The notes under the pieces are model-generated. The model did no database searches. It had not been told where the DNA came from and worked only from the letters and a program-made list of their open reading frames with translations. A program made the translations under genes and the position numbers. Shown in pieces: positions 51,225-64,000 of a DNA stretch of 64,000 bases; positions within the stretch are counted from its first letter, which is position 1; every line of letters begins with the position of its first letter. This DNA is from Chiloscyllium plagiosum. Its lineage: Eukaryota. Location: positions 8,607,320 through 8,671,319 of the forward strand of contig NC_057755.1 in NCBI RefSeq assembly GCF_004010195.1, in the 5' to 3' direction.

Positions 51225-51275
51225 TCAGCACAACCTCATTTTATTTGGCAGCTAAATGTCCAGTGAGACATTAAA
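51225..51275 (-). promoter_or_regulatory. Putative core promoter block of the GPCR gene
   Basis: ctcattttatttgg(c/a)agctaaatgtccagtgaga is nearly identical at 12003-12035. It gives a TATA-like AATAAAA on the minus strand ~80-90 nt upstream of the ATG in both paralogs. Confidence 0.35.
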
Positions 51276-52004
51276 CCTTTTTGAATCATTGCAGTCGTCT
51301 GAATAAGCAGGAAATTAACCATTCCCCTCTGAGAATTATTGCAGAATAGAATCTGTTTCTAAAAATGAAATACCACTACGTTCTTGAGAATTTCAATTTG
51401 ATTTGATTGTCATGCGTACTCAAGTGTATGAGTGCAGTGAAAAGTGTACACTGCCACCATTTCTGGGGGCATCTTAGGTACAAAGGTACCTCGTACAACA
51501 TCGTGTACAAAGTAGAAAAAACAAAGTTACATTTAAAAGATTAATTTTGAAATATTTTCTAGAGACAGAACAAAACGCTCCAGTTTTCAGTAAAACTATT
51601 CTGTATCATACTAAGATTCAACGATTTCCTTCATTGTCGCCTTTTAAATTAAGCAAAAAAATACCAGGACAGGTTTTCGAGTAAATGGGAATCCCACACG
51701 GATTGCTACTCCGGCCATTTCCTTTGTGATGAAAGAACGAAGCTATGCATTTCTGAGTGGAGATTCCATTCAGGATTACCCTCAGGAATGTGCAAACGTA
51801 TTTCCATTTTGACAGATCATTTCTGGCTGCAACTGTCTTGTAATGCATAAAGTCAGTGTGATTTAACATTACTGTAAGAGTAAGCTGCTCGGTGGAGAAT
51901 GATGGCGGGCATCATTTTAATCGAGTGTAAGGTGGTTCGGGTGCCAATGTTCCTGGTATGTAGGGTGCCGACTGGTGATGAGTTTGAATGCCAACTAGGA
52001 TGTG

Positions 52005-54815
52005 AGTAGTGTATTGATTGAGTTTGCTGATTGGTGCTGTTAACCTGATCCAATCCCTGATTGACAGATACAATTAAGAGTGTCAGAGGATCTGTTCACT
52101 CTGAGAGCTAGTTCTGAGGAAATTCCACCAGTGTCAAGTACTTTACAAACTAAAGTAAAAGTGACTTGATTACGGGATACCGACGTAGGTGGAAGTATTT
52201 CATTGAGATTCGTGATGTATTCATGCAAAAGCATCTACTCGCTGAAATACAACTGGACTTCAACCAGGTATTTCAAATGTGGTAAGTGGAACATGCCAGT
52301 GGACAGTCTTCCCAGACCAACTGGGCTTTTGGCAAAACCCCTTGAGTGAACGCAATTGCATCTCCTCAGGACATATCGTGAGCAGATGGACACCAGGTCA
52401 GCTCACACCAAAACCCCAAAACAAAGCCAAAACTTAGCCAAATCATGAACACTTCGGCAGACCAGGGGTGAGGTTGAAATAACATCAGGAGCGCGAAGAT
52501 CAGGCACATGCTTCCTCTTAGCGAGAGAGACAGTTTACTTCAGGGGGTGAAAATCGCTTTCGAACCGAATGGCCCTGTATGGGTACAAGGTGAGATCGAT
52601 GCGAGGTCAGGTCCCCTGACTTGGAAAATGTGGCTCAGTGAGGTGGTCCTGAACAAGCATGCAGATCATGTTTGCTCCCTTGTAGGAGCAAAACGTACCT
52701 GTTCCCTTTAAAACAGCCAGTAACGCTTTCAGAAACAGTGGGTTTCCCCCGCTGTCTAGCGTTGAATGAACCTGTGAATCTGAGATGGATGCAACTTCGA
52801 TAGCATTACTGCCTGAAGAAGAGGAGTAAATTCTAACGTGACACTCTGGTGGCAAGAGACTGGTTACGTTCCCATGCATTTCGCCTGTGTCTGAGTCATA
52901 GTGGGAAGAAACAGACGTGGGATGAAAAAGGACCAGTACCAATTCAAACTAATGACCCAGCCAGACAAACGGAGACTTTGGCAAGGACTGAATGACATCA
53001 CAGGTTCTAAAAAGAGACAGTGCAAGATAACAGATGCTGGCAAATCCTTCCCAGATCGTCTCAACGGCTTCGAGGCTCGCTTTGAGCAGACTTTTGGCAG
53101 AGAGGTAACATCTATTCCGACAATGCCTGACCAACAGTCATGGCATGCGAGGTCAGATTAGTTTTCCCTCATGTGAATCCAAGGAAAGCAATGGGACCAG
53201 TTGGAGTACCAGACCGTGAACTCAGAGTATGCACAGATCAACTGGCCGAAGTATTCTCGGACATCTTCAAACTTTCCCTGCAACAGATCACTGTCCCTGC
53301 CTGTTTCAAGAGGGCCAACCTCATTCTTGTGCCTAAGAGGGCTCATGCAGCATGTCTCAATGACTAGCGCCCAGTGGTCCTAACGTCGGTGGTCATGAAG
53401 TGCTTGAAAAAGCTGGTAATGGCATTAATCAGCTCCAGCATCCCCACTACTCTTGACCCACTCCAGTTTGCATGTCAGACCAAAAGATCCACGTCAGTTG
53501 CCATATAACTTGCCGTTCAATCCTCCTTAGAACATCTTGACACCAAGAACAGCTCCGTAAGAATCCTACTCATTGACTACACTATTATCCCATGATTAAA
53601 AAAGTAGTGATCTCGGACTAAGCCCAATCACTGCAACTGGATCCTCAGTTTCCTGACCCATAGGCTACAATCAGTGAAGACTGGGGACAATATTTCACCC
53701 TCACAAAAACTCAAGACTGGAGCCCCCCAGGGGTACGTACTCAGCCCCCTACTGTACTCATTGTAAACCCATGACTGCGTCGCCAAATACCAGACTAATG
53801 CCATTTACGAGTTTGTTGATGACATCAGCATAGTCGATCGAATCTCAGTTGGTGTCAAAACAGACTACAGACGGGAGGAAGAAGACTTGGAAAAATGGTG
53901 CACTGAGAACAACTAAGCTCTCAACACCAGCAAATCAAAGGAACCCATTATTGACTTTTGGCGGTGTGTTATTCATACCCCGCTACACATTAACAGCACT
54001 GAGTTGGAACAAGTGGTGAGTGTCAAGCTCCTGGGAGTGGTCATCAACAACAAGATTTCTTGGACTCTTTATGTGACGCATGAGTTACAAAGGCTCAACA
54101 ACATCTCTTCTTCCATCAGGCATCTGAGGAATTTTGGCATGACGGTGAATAGCCTTGTCAACTTTTATGGGTGCGCTTTCGAGAGCATTCTGTCTGGATG
54201 TATCACTACTTGAGATGGCAATTATACCATTCAAGATCAGAAACGGTTGCAGAGAGTGATCAACGCAAACGCGGAAAATCACACACGTCAACCTCCCATC
54301 TACAGGTTCCATCGATAGGCCCGCAGTCAAGTAAAGGCTGCCAGCATTCTCACAGATCCAGTCCACTTGCCAATACTTTCCCACAACCTCCACCGTCTGG
54401 GAGAAGGTACACAACACTGAACACACGCACCAGCTGGTTTGTAAGAGTTTCTATCCTACTGTTGTTGGAATACTGAATGGACTCACAAGCTCTTAACATT
54501 CGCATATCTGTGTTTTTGTTTTTGCCGCTGTTGACTCGTTATTTAATTAACTATGCTTTTAACTATGCGATCTGCCTATTGCTCGCAAGACAAAGCATTT
54601 CATTGTGCCTTGTCACACGTGACAATAAATTCAATTGAACGCAATTCAGTTCAAAAAGTTGAAGTAGAAGGTACAAGAGAAAGAGCAGGTGCACATCCCA
54701 GGACTTGGTGGGGGAGTAGTTTTATCACTGGAACGAGGGCCAGGTTTGATCACACTGACGATCAGATCCTTGACTGGGAATGTAAACCTGGGCCAACCAC
54801 AGAGTTAAACAGGAG
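52005..54815 (+). mobile_element. Internally deleted Gypsy family-A element (5' LTR ~52005-52202, 3' LTR half ~54718-54815)
   Basis: Paralog of 12716-24955, in the same position upstream of exon 1. PPT ggtgggggag precedes the 3' LTR. Confidence 0.7.
52920..54652 (+). mobile_element. Rex1/Babar-clade LINE, degenerate
   Basis: RKAMGPVGVP, CLND*RPVVLTSVVMKC, LDPLQFA, GAPQGYVLSPLLYSL, ESILSGCIT and a gacaataaa-ttcaa tail. Confidence 0.85.
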
Positions 54816-55092
54816 ATGGTCTCTGCTGAGTGCCTGTCCATCTTGTGCAATGATGTTCGAGGCCGAGTGTCCTTGGAGAGGGGACATGTGGTGTCTACCA
54901 ATACTCTTGATGCCTTTAGGAGAGTTTGTCACAATGGGGAATAGAGTGTTTTATTTCCCCTTCCAAATCCATTTTCATTTCTTCCTTGCCCTTCCCTTCC
55001 CTTTCACTTTATTTTCTCACGCACACCTTACCCCTTTTGGGCTTTGCTTGTTAATGACTACCTGGCTACATGGGTGTTTTTCCTGCTGGTAG
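54816..55092 (+). mobile_element. Diverged Tx1-like 3' end at the LTR target site (duplicate of the 33382 insertion)
   Basis: VRGRVSLER...STNTLDAFR peptide with the same 5' junction (tggtctctgc) as 33382. Confidence 0.7.
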
Positions 55093-56075
55093 AATTATAG
55101 CATAGATTTCTTTTGCAATGATGTGGGTTTTTTTCTGAGTCTATACATACTTACACAGCCAGAGGGACACGGGTGATGTGGGAGAAATATAAGCGATACT
55201 GCTGTGCAGTGGGCATGTCGGGGATCAATAAAATAGAAAGGGAAATAAAGAAAACAAAAGGGTCTTCTCACTGTAAGCACAGGCTTTGAGCTGGTTGGTT
55301 GAAGCCCATGGACTGTGTTCTTGTAAATAACAGATAACATGGTGAATGGATACCGTTCTCTGTTAAGTGATTTCAGTTGTAAATGAATGCATTCATTTGC
55401 TATGAATGAGAAGTTATTGCAACTCTGAACCGGCATAAGAAAAACAGTAATTTGTGTGTTGGAACATTATGTCTGTCGGGTGCCACAGGAGAGGGACCAA
55501 AATGCACAACTGTTTTTATTCGGTAACATGAGCACAAATTACCGGGTCAAGTTCCTTGCTTTGTGCAATGACGCAGGCATTGAGGCTGTGCTAGCATTGA
55601 TAGCCTGCCCCTTGAAGGTGGAGCAGCGCTGCTTCCTGTCAATAGCTGGTAGGCTGACCCACGTGCTCTGAGGGAGGGAATTCAAGGAGTCTGACAGAGT
55701 GATAGTGAAGGAACAGCAATATACCTCAAACTCGAAATGGCGAGTGACTTGGCGGGGAACGCATAGGGTATGGTGTTGTCATGTATCTCTGCCCTTGTCT
55801 GGATGGAGGTTATCACGTATTGGAAGGTCCTGTCTCAGGATCTGTGGTGAATTCCTGCAGTGCGTCTTGTAGCTGGTACACAATGATGATATTGAGTATT
55901 GGTGGTTGAAGGGCTGGATGATTGTGGATATTGATACAATCAAGCATATCGCTTTGTCCTTGGAGAGTGTCAAGACGTTTCTTTATAATTGGTGTCAGTG
56001 CTTAGTTTCTCTTTCACAGTGAATATTCGTGCTGACTCTCAATGTTCGGGGAACTGCTCAAATATGTCGATGCAT

Positions 56076-57465
56076 GTGTGATGTGCTGTGCAAAATGGCC
56101 TTTGGGGAGGGAATCCGTGAATGGATCTGACTGCTCTGCATCAACATCATTAGCGCGGTTTCAATCAATGGGTCAATGAGTCAGGCGGGGCTGCCCATTC
56201 TCTCCTGCCTTGTTTGCCTGTTGTATAGAGCATTTGTCAAGTACATCAGAAGGATGCGAGCCTGAGAGGGGGATCTGTTTCAGGCAGCGGAGGTCTGCAG
56301 TTCATAGCCTCTCCGTACATTTATGGCATCACCGATTTCTACTCAGATCTACTGTGGGTAACAAGACTCGAGCATCTGTGACCAGTTCAAGCTGGCCTCA
56401 GGAGCCCAGAGAATCCAATGCAAGAGTGAGGCCATGTTCTTTAGGATCTAGACCAACCGATTCATTATCCGCTTCATAGTCAGAACAGATTACCTAAAGG
56501 TGCTGAGCATATGATTCAGAGGGGCTGGAGTGTACACAAAATCTGGAATGAGCACTTTGCCAAGGTGAGGCAGAAACAGGGAGCATCGCTTCTTCTCCAT
56601 TTCGAGTAAAAACCTGGTCATCAGGTGTGAGACATTATCTCTCTTGTTGTTGTCTGTGATGCAGGTTTGGCCCATTGTCCAGAACTGCACTGTTTCATTC
56701 ACCCGAGCCATTTTCCACTTCATCTAGAAATTGAAGATGGACAGTGTCCACGGAGACTCCACGGAAAATAAACGCAAACAATTGTATAAGTGAGGGGAAG
56801 GATGTACTCAACACTGTCCTCACCCTTTTGGCTACATTTAGGTGCAGCTGCATCAAGCTGTGCAAACAAAAAGTGTCACTATGTACTGAGGTTCTACCTG
56901 TCCCCAGTTTTGTGAAGGATGGGACTGGCCTCGTTACCACAGAACACTCCAGGTAGTTTCGTTATCACGTGTCCTTCATGGGGACACTTGCAAAGAGAAA
57001 TACCTTTGACCACCAGTCCATCAGGAATTCGGCAGCACGCAATGTCCCTGAGACACTGCAAGGAAAGGAGAGGGAGGATCCTGTCACATGGTTCCCTGAA
57101 CAGACTATCAAAGTCCTTTGGCAGAAGTCTGGTCAGATGGCCCTTTGTAATATGCATCAAGATATCGCTTCACTGGTGGTGAGAAAGGCACTATCTGAGA
57201 GACCCTTCATCTGCACCCGGTCTGTCCGTGCCTCCACACGCTGCCTTAAGACAGTGCATGGGGTGGGGTGAGCAGATTGCCACACGTCCCCTACTGGGAT
57301 GTGCCTGTGCAACGGAGGTCTGGAGGAAAATGAGGTAGTTTTTGAGGGATATCCCAAGTAGCTCCATGATGGAGGACGCCATGCACTATGGTCTGTTCCC
57401 CAGGACACACATCGATACAATTATCTGGTGCACCCAAAAAACCATCCACTCAGTGAAAGATGCTG
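56076..57465 (+). mobile_element. Tx1-like LINE ORF2 (RT) remnant
   Basis: KMAFGEGIREWI, SAVSING, RRGCPFSPALFACCIE, DYLKVL and HQDIASLVVRKAL peptides, with many stops. Confidence 0.75.
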
Positions 57466-57559
57466 ATACATTTGCAGAGTATTTAATTTAAACCTGGTGT
57501 GATCACATGAAGGTTGCAACTTCATCACGTTGCTTTTCGCTGTAATTGGAAATCACAGA

Positions 57560-58287
57560 ATTGACTTTGAAGAGAGAGTCGAAGGGTGGGTCAGCAAATT
57601 TGCAGATGATACAAAGATTGGTGGAGTTGTGGATAGTGAGGAGGGCTGTTGTCGGCTGCAAAGGGACTTAGATATGATGCAGAGCTGGGCTGAGCAGTGG
57701 CAGATGGAGTTCAACCCTGTCAAGTGTGAGGTTGTCCATTTTGGAAGGACAAATAAGAATGTGGAATACAGGGTTAACGGTAGGGTTCTTAGTAAGGTAG
57801 AGGAACAGAGGGACCTTGGGGGTCTATATTCATAGATCTTTGAAAGTTGCCACTCAGGTGGATAGAGCTTGTAAGAAGGCCTATGGTGTATTAGCGTTCA
57901 TTAGCAGAGGGATTGAATTCAAGAATCGTGAGGTGATGTTGNNNNNNNNNNNNNNNNNNGGTTTATAAGATGATCAGAGGAATAGATAGAGTAGACAGTC
58001 AGAAACTTTTTTCCCCAGGTACAACAGAGTGTTACAAGGAGACATAAATTTAAGGTAAAGGGTGGAAGGTATAGGGGGGATGTCTGGGGTGGGTTCTTAA
58101 CTGCGAGAGTGGTGGGGCATGGAATGCGCTGCCTGTGGGAGTGGCAGAGTCAGAATCATTGGTGACCTTGAAGCGGCAATTAGATAGGTACATGGATAGG
58201 TGCTTAAGCTAGGACAAATGTTCGGCACAACATCGTGGGCCGAAGGGCCTGTTCTGTGCTGTATTGTTCTATGTTCTATGTTCTATG
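57560..58287 (+). mobile_element. Young CR1 3' fragment containing an 18-N gap (57942-57959)
   Basis: GWVSKFADDTKIGG, WQMEFNPVKC and a (TTCTATG)n tail. Confidence 0.92.
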
Positions 58288-58504
58288 ACTCCTTTCTGTA
58301 GTTAAAAATATATATACTTAGGACTGAGGCAATAAAGGACAATTGTGATCACGTTAATTTGCAAACAAATTGTTAGTTGTATTCTGCCAAGATTAAAGGT
58401 GTTTCGTTGTTTTTCAAATTATAATCAGTATTGAAATAAAACTGGTAAATGTCCATTCCTTTTCTGCTGGCAGTCAGTTATTGAATTGTAAATGATGAAC
58501 ATTA

Positions 58505-59430
58505 TCTCCCTCTTTTTATTTTTCTCTTTGTGTCTGTCTGCGTTTCATTTTCTTAACTCTCTCTTCCCTTCTGTTTCTGTTTGTGCACCACTGCCTCATT
58601 TTTCTATCTGTCTCTTTGTCTCACTCTCTTTTCTCTTGCGAATCTATTTTTCTCTCTCTACCTGACTCTGTGTATTTGGATTTCTCCCTCTGTCTCTCTT
58701 TGTCGCTCCAATTCTCTCTATCTTTGTGTTACAGAGTGATATAGCACGGAAACAGACCCTTCAGTTCAATCAGTCCATGTTATGTATAATCCCAAACTAA
58801 AATAGTCCCACCCACCTGCATATGGTCGATATCCTTCCAAGCATTTCTTATTCATGTACTTGTCTAATTGTCTTTTAAAGATTGCAACCAAGGCCATACG
58901 TTTAGCTCTATAAGTCTTGTTTTTTTCCCCAAAATGAAACACTTCACATTTATCCAGATTAAACTCTACTTTCCACTACCCAGCCCATTGACCTAATTCA
59001 TCAAGATCGGTTTGTAATCTTCGATAACTTTCTTCACTGTCATTATACCACCAATCATAGTGTAATCCGAAAATTATGAACCATACCTTCTATATGCAAC
59101 TCATTTATGTAAATGACAAATGAAAACTGGACTCGACACTGATCCCTTTGGAACGTCACTGATCTGCAGGTTTCCAGTTCCCTTTCTTTTCTGTCTCTTT
59201 CTCTCTCATTCTGTGTATCTGTGATTTTAATCCTTTCTTTTTCTGTCTCCATCTCCATCTCTTTCTATGTTACCCCCCCCCCCGCCCCGTATTTCTCTTT
59301 CACTCTCTTTCCATCTTTTCTCTCTCTATCTGTCCATCTCTGTCTCGTCATGTATTGTTTTCTCTGTCTCTCTGTGTGTATTTCTCTGTATATCTGCATC
59401 TCTCCTTTTTTTTCCTGCCTCACTCTATCA
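58505..59430. repeat. CT-rich low-complexity tract interrupted by a minus-strand CR1 remnant (~58730-59175)
   Basis: Degenerate (CT)n/(CTGT)n with reverse-complement CR1 tail and RT motifs in the middle. Confidence 0.7.
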
Positions 59431-59579
59431 ATCTTGTTGTTGTGCCTCTGACACAGTGACTGGCTCTTTAACTTTGATTATCCATTCGCTCAGTCAACCT
59501 GTAGAATGTGTGACGGGGACTGCAACGTCATAAAATGCAAGTTATGGATCTCGAGCTTAACTGTATAAAGTTGGCCTCA

Positions 59580-61530
59580 CAGTGATAGGAAAGAGGGCTA
59601 AGTGGATCTCATTTACAATAAGATCGTTGTTTGGGGTTGTTAACCTGGGCCAATGTGAGAGCCCTTGCTGACAGAGATAAACAGGAGGATCAGAGAGTAT
59701 CCTCATTCTAAGCACTGATTCGGAGCTGGCTGTTTACGTCACTGGTGGAATATAGCGTGCAATTCTGGTCTCCTTCCTATCGGAAAGATGTTGTGAAACT
59801 TGAAAGGGTTCAGAGAAACTTACAAGGATGTTGCACGGTTGGAGGATTTGAGCTATTGGGAGAGGCTGAACAGGCTGAGGCTGTTTTCCCTGGAGCGTCG
59901 GAGGCTAAGGGGTGACCTTATAGAGGTCTACAAAATTATGAGGTAAATGGACAGGGTAAATAAGCAAAGTCTTTTCACTGGGGTAGGGGAGTCCAGAACG
60001 AGAGGGCATAGGTTTAGGGTTAGAGAGGAAATATATAAAAGAGACCTACGCGGCACATTTTTCACCCAGAGGGTGGTGCGTGTTTGGAATCAGCTGCCAG
60101 AGGAAGTGGTGAAGTCTGGTACAATTTCAACATTTAAAAATGGGCATATGAATAAGAATGGTTTGGAAGGATATGGACGGGGCGGGGAGTGGTAGGAGGG
60201 ACTAGATTGGGTTGGGATATCTGGTCGGCATGGACGGGTTGGACATAGATGCTGTACATCTCTATGACTCTATGGACAGAATCTATGTACTATGCACATG
60301 TAAATAAAGGGTGACTTGGTGATGGGATTGCGGACTCTGCAGTTATTCAGTGGCAACGACGAAAGTGGCAACAGTCAACTTTGAATTGGGTAGGTATTTG
60401 TGGTATTATACTTCTATTTGGGAAGTTTGACTTGTTCGAATCTACTGTTAAATTCTGGGATGTGGAAAGAATGCATTATTTTTTGCAGGCGGAAGAAAGG
60501 CAACCATAACCCTGATCGATGCAGACCAGCAGAACATTCAGTTATTAGGAGCCTAATTTTCCGAGAGACATCAGCCGCCAAAAAACTTTCAAGGGTGATG
60601 CATTTACTTCAGCAATATTACGACTCCAAACCTTCTCTAATTCTAGCTCACTATCAGTATTATTCAACTCTTTGAGAACCACAGAAATTGTAATCAGGTT
60701 TTTTTGCATTTAAGACGACCAACCGAAGCTCGTGACATTGGGTTAACCCTGAATGATACTGTTCGGTATGTGGGATTCTTGTCGTGACCAGGCAGAGTAC
60801 CTCTAAGTTGAAGACTAACTGGACTTCAAATTGGCATTAAAAATGACTTTGTCAATAGAACATGTGGCAAATGGGGCAGGAGAGCTGCAGGGTATCCCAA
60901 TGGAAGTGGACATCCTACTATGGAACACCACCTGAGTGCAGGCAATTGAGGAGCCTCACGCAGGGCATATCCTGAGCAGAAGGACCATCCATCAGCAATC
61001 CACAAAACGCCGTGCCTTGGCCATGTAGCTCTCATGTTCTTCAGGATCCTGGCTGACAAACCATTGGAGTTGCTGCCAGTATGCGCAATCGAGACAGCAA
61101 AGGGGTCCTACGAGGTCTGACTTGTGTAGGAGAACTTTTAGGCCAGTATCCAAGACAGTACCAGCCCAGGAAAGTCCCCCTATGCGTGGGATAGAACAGT
61201 TAACTTGGTTGTCAACATCCTTATCAGAGCCAAGCGAAGTAAACGTCTGGCAAAATAGTCACCCGGTTCTTATGGACGTCGATAAGACCCATCTGTGTCA
61301 GTGATTGCAGAACGAGTCTTTACCAAGATTCATGGTGGATTCTAATCCTGACAATTGCACAATACCTCAACCAGATCCTATCCTGGCAAAACTGAAATGG
61401 CTGATGGTAATGGGGCGAATAAAAGAGCCGTCAGAACCAGGATTGAAAGCTTTCAGCACCTCAGCGAGACTAGATCACCGTAAAGGACGGCATGTTACCA
61501 TAATTCTCTCCGAGTAAAGATCGCTGTTAG
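59580..61530 (+). mobile_element. Gypsy family-A 5' LTR (~59580-60349, with CR1 insert ~59740-60275) and gag-pol remnant
   Basis: LTR motifs with an unoccupied ATAAACAGGAG at 59677-59687, aataaagggtgac and PBS-like tggcaacgac. Protease-like HPVLMDVDKT. Confidence 0.75.
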
Positions 61531-62350
61531 GTGAGGTGCTGGAAGATTGGAGCTTGGGACCACGCCATCGTTTAAGAAAGGTGGTAAGAAAAATCCAGGG
61601 AGCTATAGACATCAGTGATGGGAAAGTTGTTGGAGGGAATCCTGAGGGACAGGATTCAAATGTATTTGAAACGGAAGGACTGATTAGGGATAGTCAGCAT
61701 GGCTTTGTGCGGGGGAATTCGTGTCTCACGAACCTGATTAAATTGGTTGAAGATGTAACAAAGAGGATTGATAAGGGCAGAGTGGTGGACGTGATCGATA
61801 TGGACTTCAGTAAGGTGTTCGACAAAGTTCCTCATGGGAGACTGGTTAGCAAGGTTATAGAATATGGAATACAGGGAGAACTCACCATTTGGATACAGAA
61901 CGGACTCGACGGTAGAAGAGAAAGGTGGTGATGAGGTTTTCTTTTCAGACTGGAGGCCTGTGACTAGTAGTGTGCCATAAGGATCTGTGCTTGTTTCACT
62001 GCATTTTGCCATTTAAGTAAATGATTCGGGTGTGAACGTAGGATGTATAGTGAGTAAGTTTGCAGATGAGAACAAAATTGGAGCTGTTGTGCACAGCAAA
62101 AAAAAAGGATCTAGATCAGATGGTTCGATGGGCTGAGAAGTGGCAGAAGAGGCTTAATTAAGATAGATGTGAGATGCTGCGTTTTGGAAAAGCAAATTAG
62201 AGCCGGCCTTACAGACTTAATGGTAAGGTCCTGGGCAGAGTTACTGAGCAAAGTGACCTTGGAGTGCAGGCTCATAGTTCCTTGAAAGTCGAGTTACAGG
62301 GACTTAGGAGAGTGAAGAAGGCATTTCGTATACTTTACTTTATTTGTAAG
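61530..62350 (+). mobile_element. CR1 LINE RT remnant
   Basis: DSQHGFVRGNSCLTNLI and DMDFSKVFDKVPHGRL. Confidence 0.9.
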
Positions 62351-62354
62351 AGCA

Positions 62355-64000
62355 TTTCTTTACTTTTTTAAATTGATTTTTCTTCAAACAATTAAAGCAG
62401 AACAGGTGCAATCACAAACAATAAACAGCAGTTAACAAAACCCCAACCACACTCCCCATGGCAAATCCCTTCCCCAAAAATTTAAAGAAAAATGACAAGC
62501 AACCAGAGTAAACACAAACATCTACAGAACACACAACATAAAAATTAAACCAGCAGTAAGATAACTGCATAACAAAAGAAAAAGGAAAAAAAATAAAACA
62601 AATTTGTCACAAAAGAAGATATCTCAATCTGGGACAGGTATAAAAACAATACCCTGAGAATATGAAATGAAGGGTTCCGAATATTTGTAAATTTGTTAGA
62701 GGAGCCAGGTAAGGGTAGTCTAATCTTTTGTAATTTAGTAAAGTATAATAAATCTTTAACTCAGCGTGTATGAGTAGGTGGATTTAAGAACATTTTAACA
62801 ACATCAATCCTCTGGCCATTGGGTAATGAATGCTTTCATGGAGGAGAAAGCGAAGACTGCAGATGCTGTAGATCAGAGTCGAGAGTGTAGCGCTGGATAA
62901 GCACAGCAAGGTCAGGCAGCATCTGAGGAGCAGGAGAATTGACGTTTCGGTCATAAGCCCTTCATCAGTAATGAATGTTTTCATGTTTTTTTTGGAGGAA
63001 GAGAGATTAGGTAAATAGGGTGACATCCCATATAAAATGGTAATAGCAGTAGGAGTGAAATTTTCGCCAGATACTTGAGATAAGGTGTCAAACGTATCAG
63101 TGCAATATCTACATAAAGAAGGGCAAAGTCAGAACAAATGCATATAATTTGCTGACACCAATCATAGGACGGAGACATCTTCTCAAATACTTTTGCAAGT
63201 GGGGCTTTGGTGTGCTGGGCGTGGTGTAAAATCTTGCATTGAATAAAACAATGTTTTCCATAGGTAGAAGATCTGTGCATTCTTTGCAAAATCACATCCC
63301 TCAAATCACCCGGAATTACATCTTCCACATTTGCCTCCCAGATAGCTTTAATAGAATCAAGAGAATGTGAGCATACTTTATGGATGTTTGAATAAATAGC
63401 AGAAATAGCCCCCTTTAAAGAAGAAAGCGGTTCTACAACGATGTCAACGTCAGAATCATTAGGAAGGGCGGGGAAAACCTGAAATAAGCTATGAACAACA
63501 CTGTGTACTTAGAGGTATCTAAAGAAATGGCTTTTAGGAAGTGAAAACCTATCAACCAATTGCTGAAAACGTGCAAAAACATCATCAACATATACATTTC
63601 AAAGTTTGTATTCCGAACTTGGCCCGACTAAAAAAAGGCACTATCCACGAAATGGGGGGAAAAATGATTTGCTACCAATGGTGCCTTAGTAGAAAATGAT
63701 CGAAAACAAACTGACATCAACATTGAAATCAAATTTTAAGACAGGATAAAACAATTATATTACTCGTGTAAATAGAGGTTGAAGAAAGGAGCGGTGAATG
63801 CAATAAAGCCTTCAATATTTTGGAAGTGTAGAATTTGCCTCAATAGTCAACCAATTTGGGAAAGCACCAAGGTTCACATTTTGGAACCAATATTTCAAAT
63901 TTCTAATGTTTGCTGCCAAATAAAAAAAAAAACAACATATTCGGCAGTGTAATTCCACCTTGCATTGTTAGCCTCTGCAATAACTGTTTTCGTAACCTAG
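62355..64000 (-). mobile_element. L1-clade LINE ORF2 3' portion and 3' UTR, degenerate
   Basis: Minus-strand HFFRYL, IKAIWE, IQCKILH, PPTHT and KLQKIR motifs typical of vertebrate L1 ORF2 C-termini; T-rich 3' UTR. Confidence 0.75.
62841..62967 (-). mobile_element. Penelope-derived single-arm repeat with 18-bp TSD
   Basis: TSD gtaatgaatg(c/t)tttcatg at 62823-62840 and 62968-62985. Minus-strand CTGATGAagggcttatgaccGAAAC hammerhead-like core. Confidence 0.8.

Noticed and set aside
54553..55436. 179-aa and 113-aa ORFs as host genes
   Set aside because: They cross Rex1 tail, LTR and Tx1 fragments, and show no recognisable domain or splice context.

Overview
Repeat-dense vertebrate DNA, almost certainly from a cartilaginous fish: it carries HE1/V-SINE-type tRNA SINEs, HER1/CR1 LINEs and Penelope-derived palindromes. 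The host-gene content is a head-to-tail, minus-strand tandem array of two-exon GPR139/GPR142-like class A GPCR genes. One gene is complete (exon 1 51086-51155 plus exon 2 35001-35905, 324 aa). One is a pseudogene exon 2 (26989-28465) that has lost its exon 1. One is a separate exon 1 (11860-11929) whose exon 2 must lie left of the window, and a conserved 3' flank near 56 kb points to a fourth unit on the right. The rest is nested Gypsy LTR elements, CR1, Rex1/Babar, L1, Tx1 and SINEs. The most unusual structure is a ~7 kb array (39418-46462) inside one solo LTR in the GPCR intron. It holds 13 consecutive A-tailed inserts, each ending in a regenerated copy of the LTR motif ATAAACAGGAG, with fixed 5' ends and variable 3' ends. 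The same LTR position is independently occupied by Tx1 3' ends elsewhere in the window, and the paralogous LTR is empty. This suggests an LTR-targeting Tx1 retrotransposon system that repeatedly captures RNAs at one site. All alignments were done by eye, and repeat boundaries are approximate unless stated.
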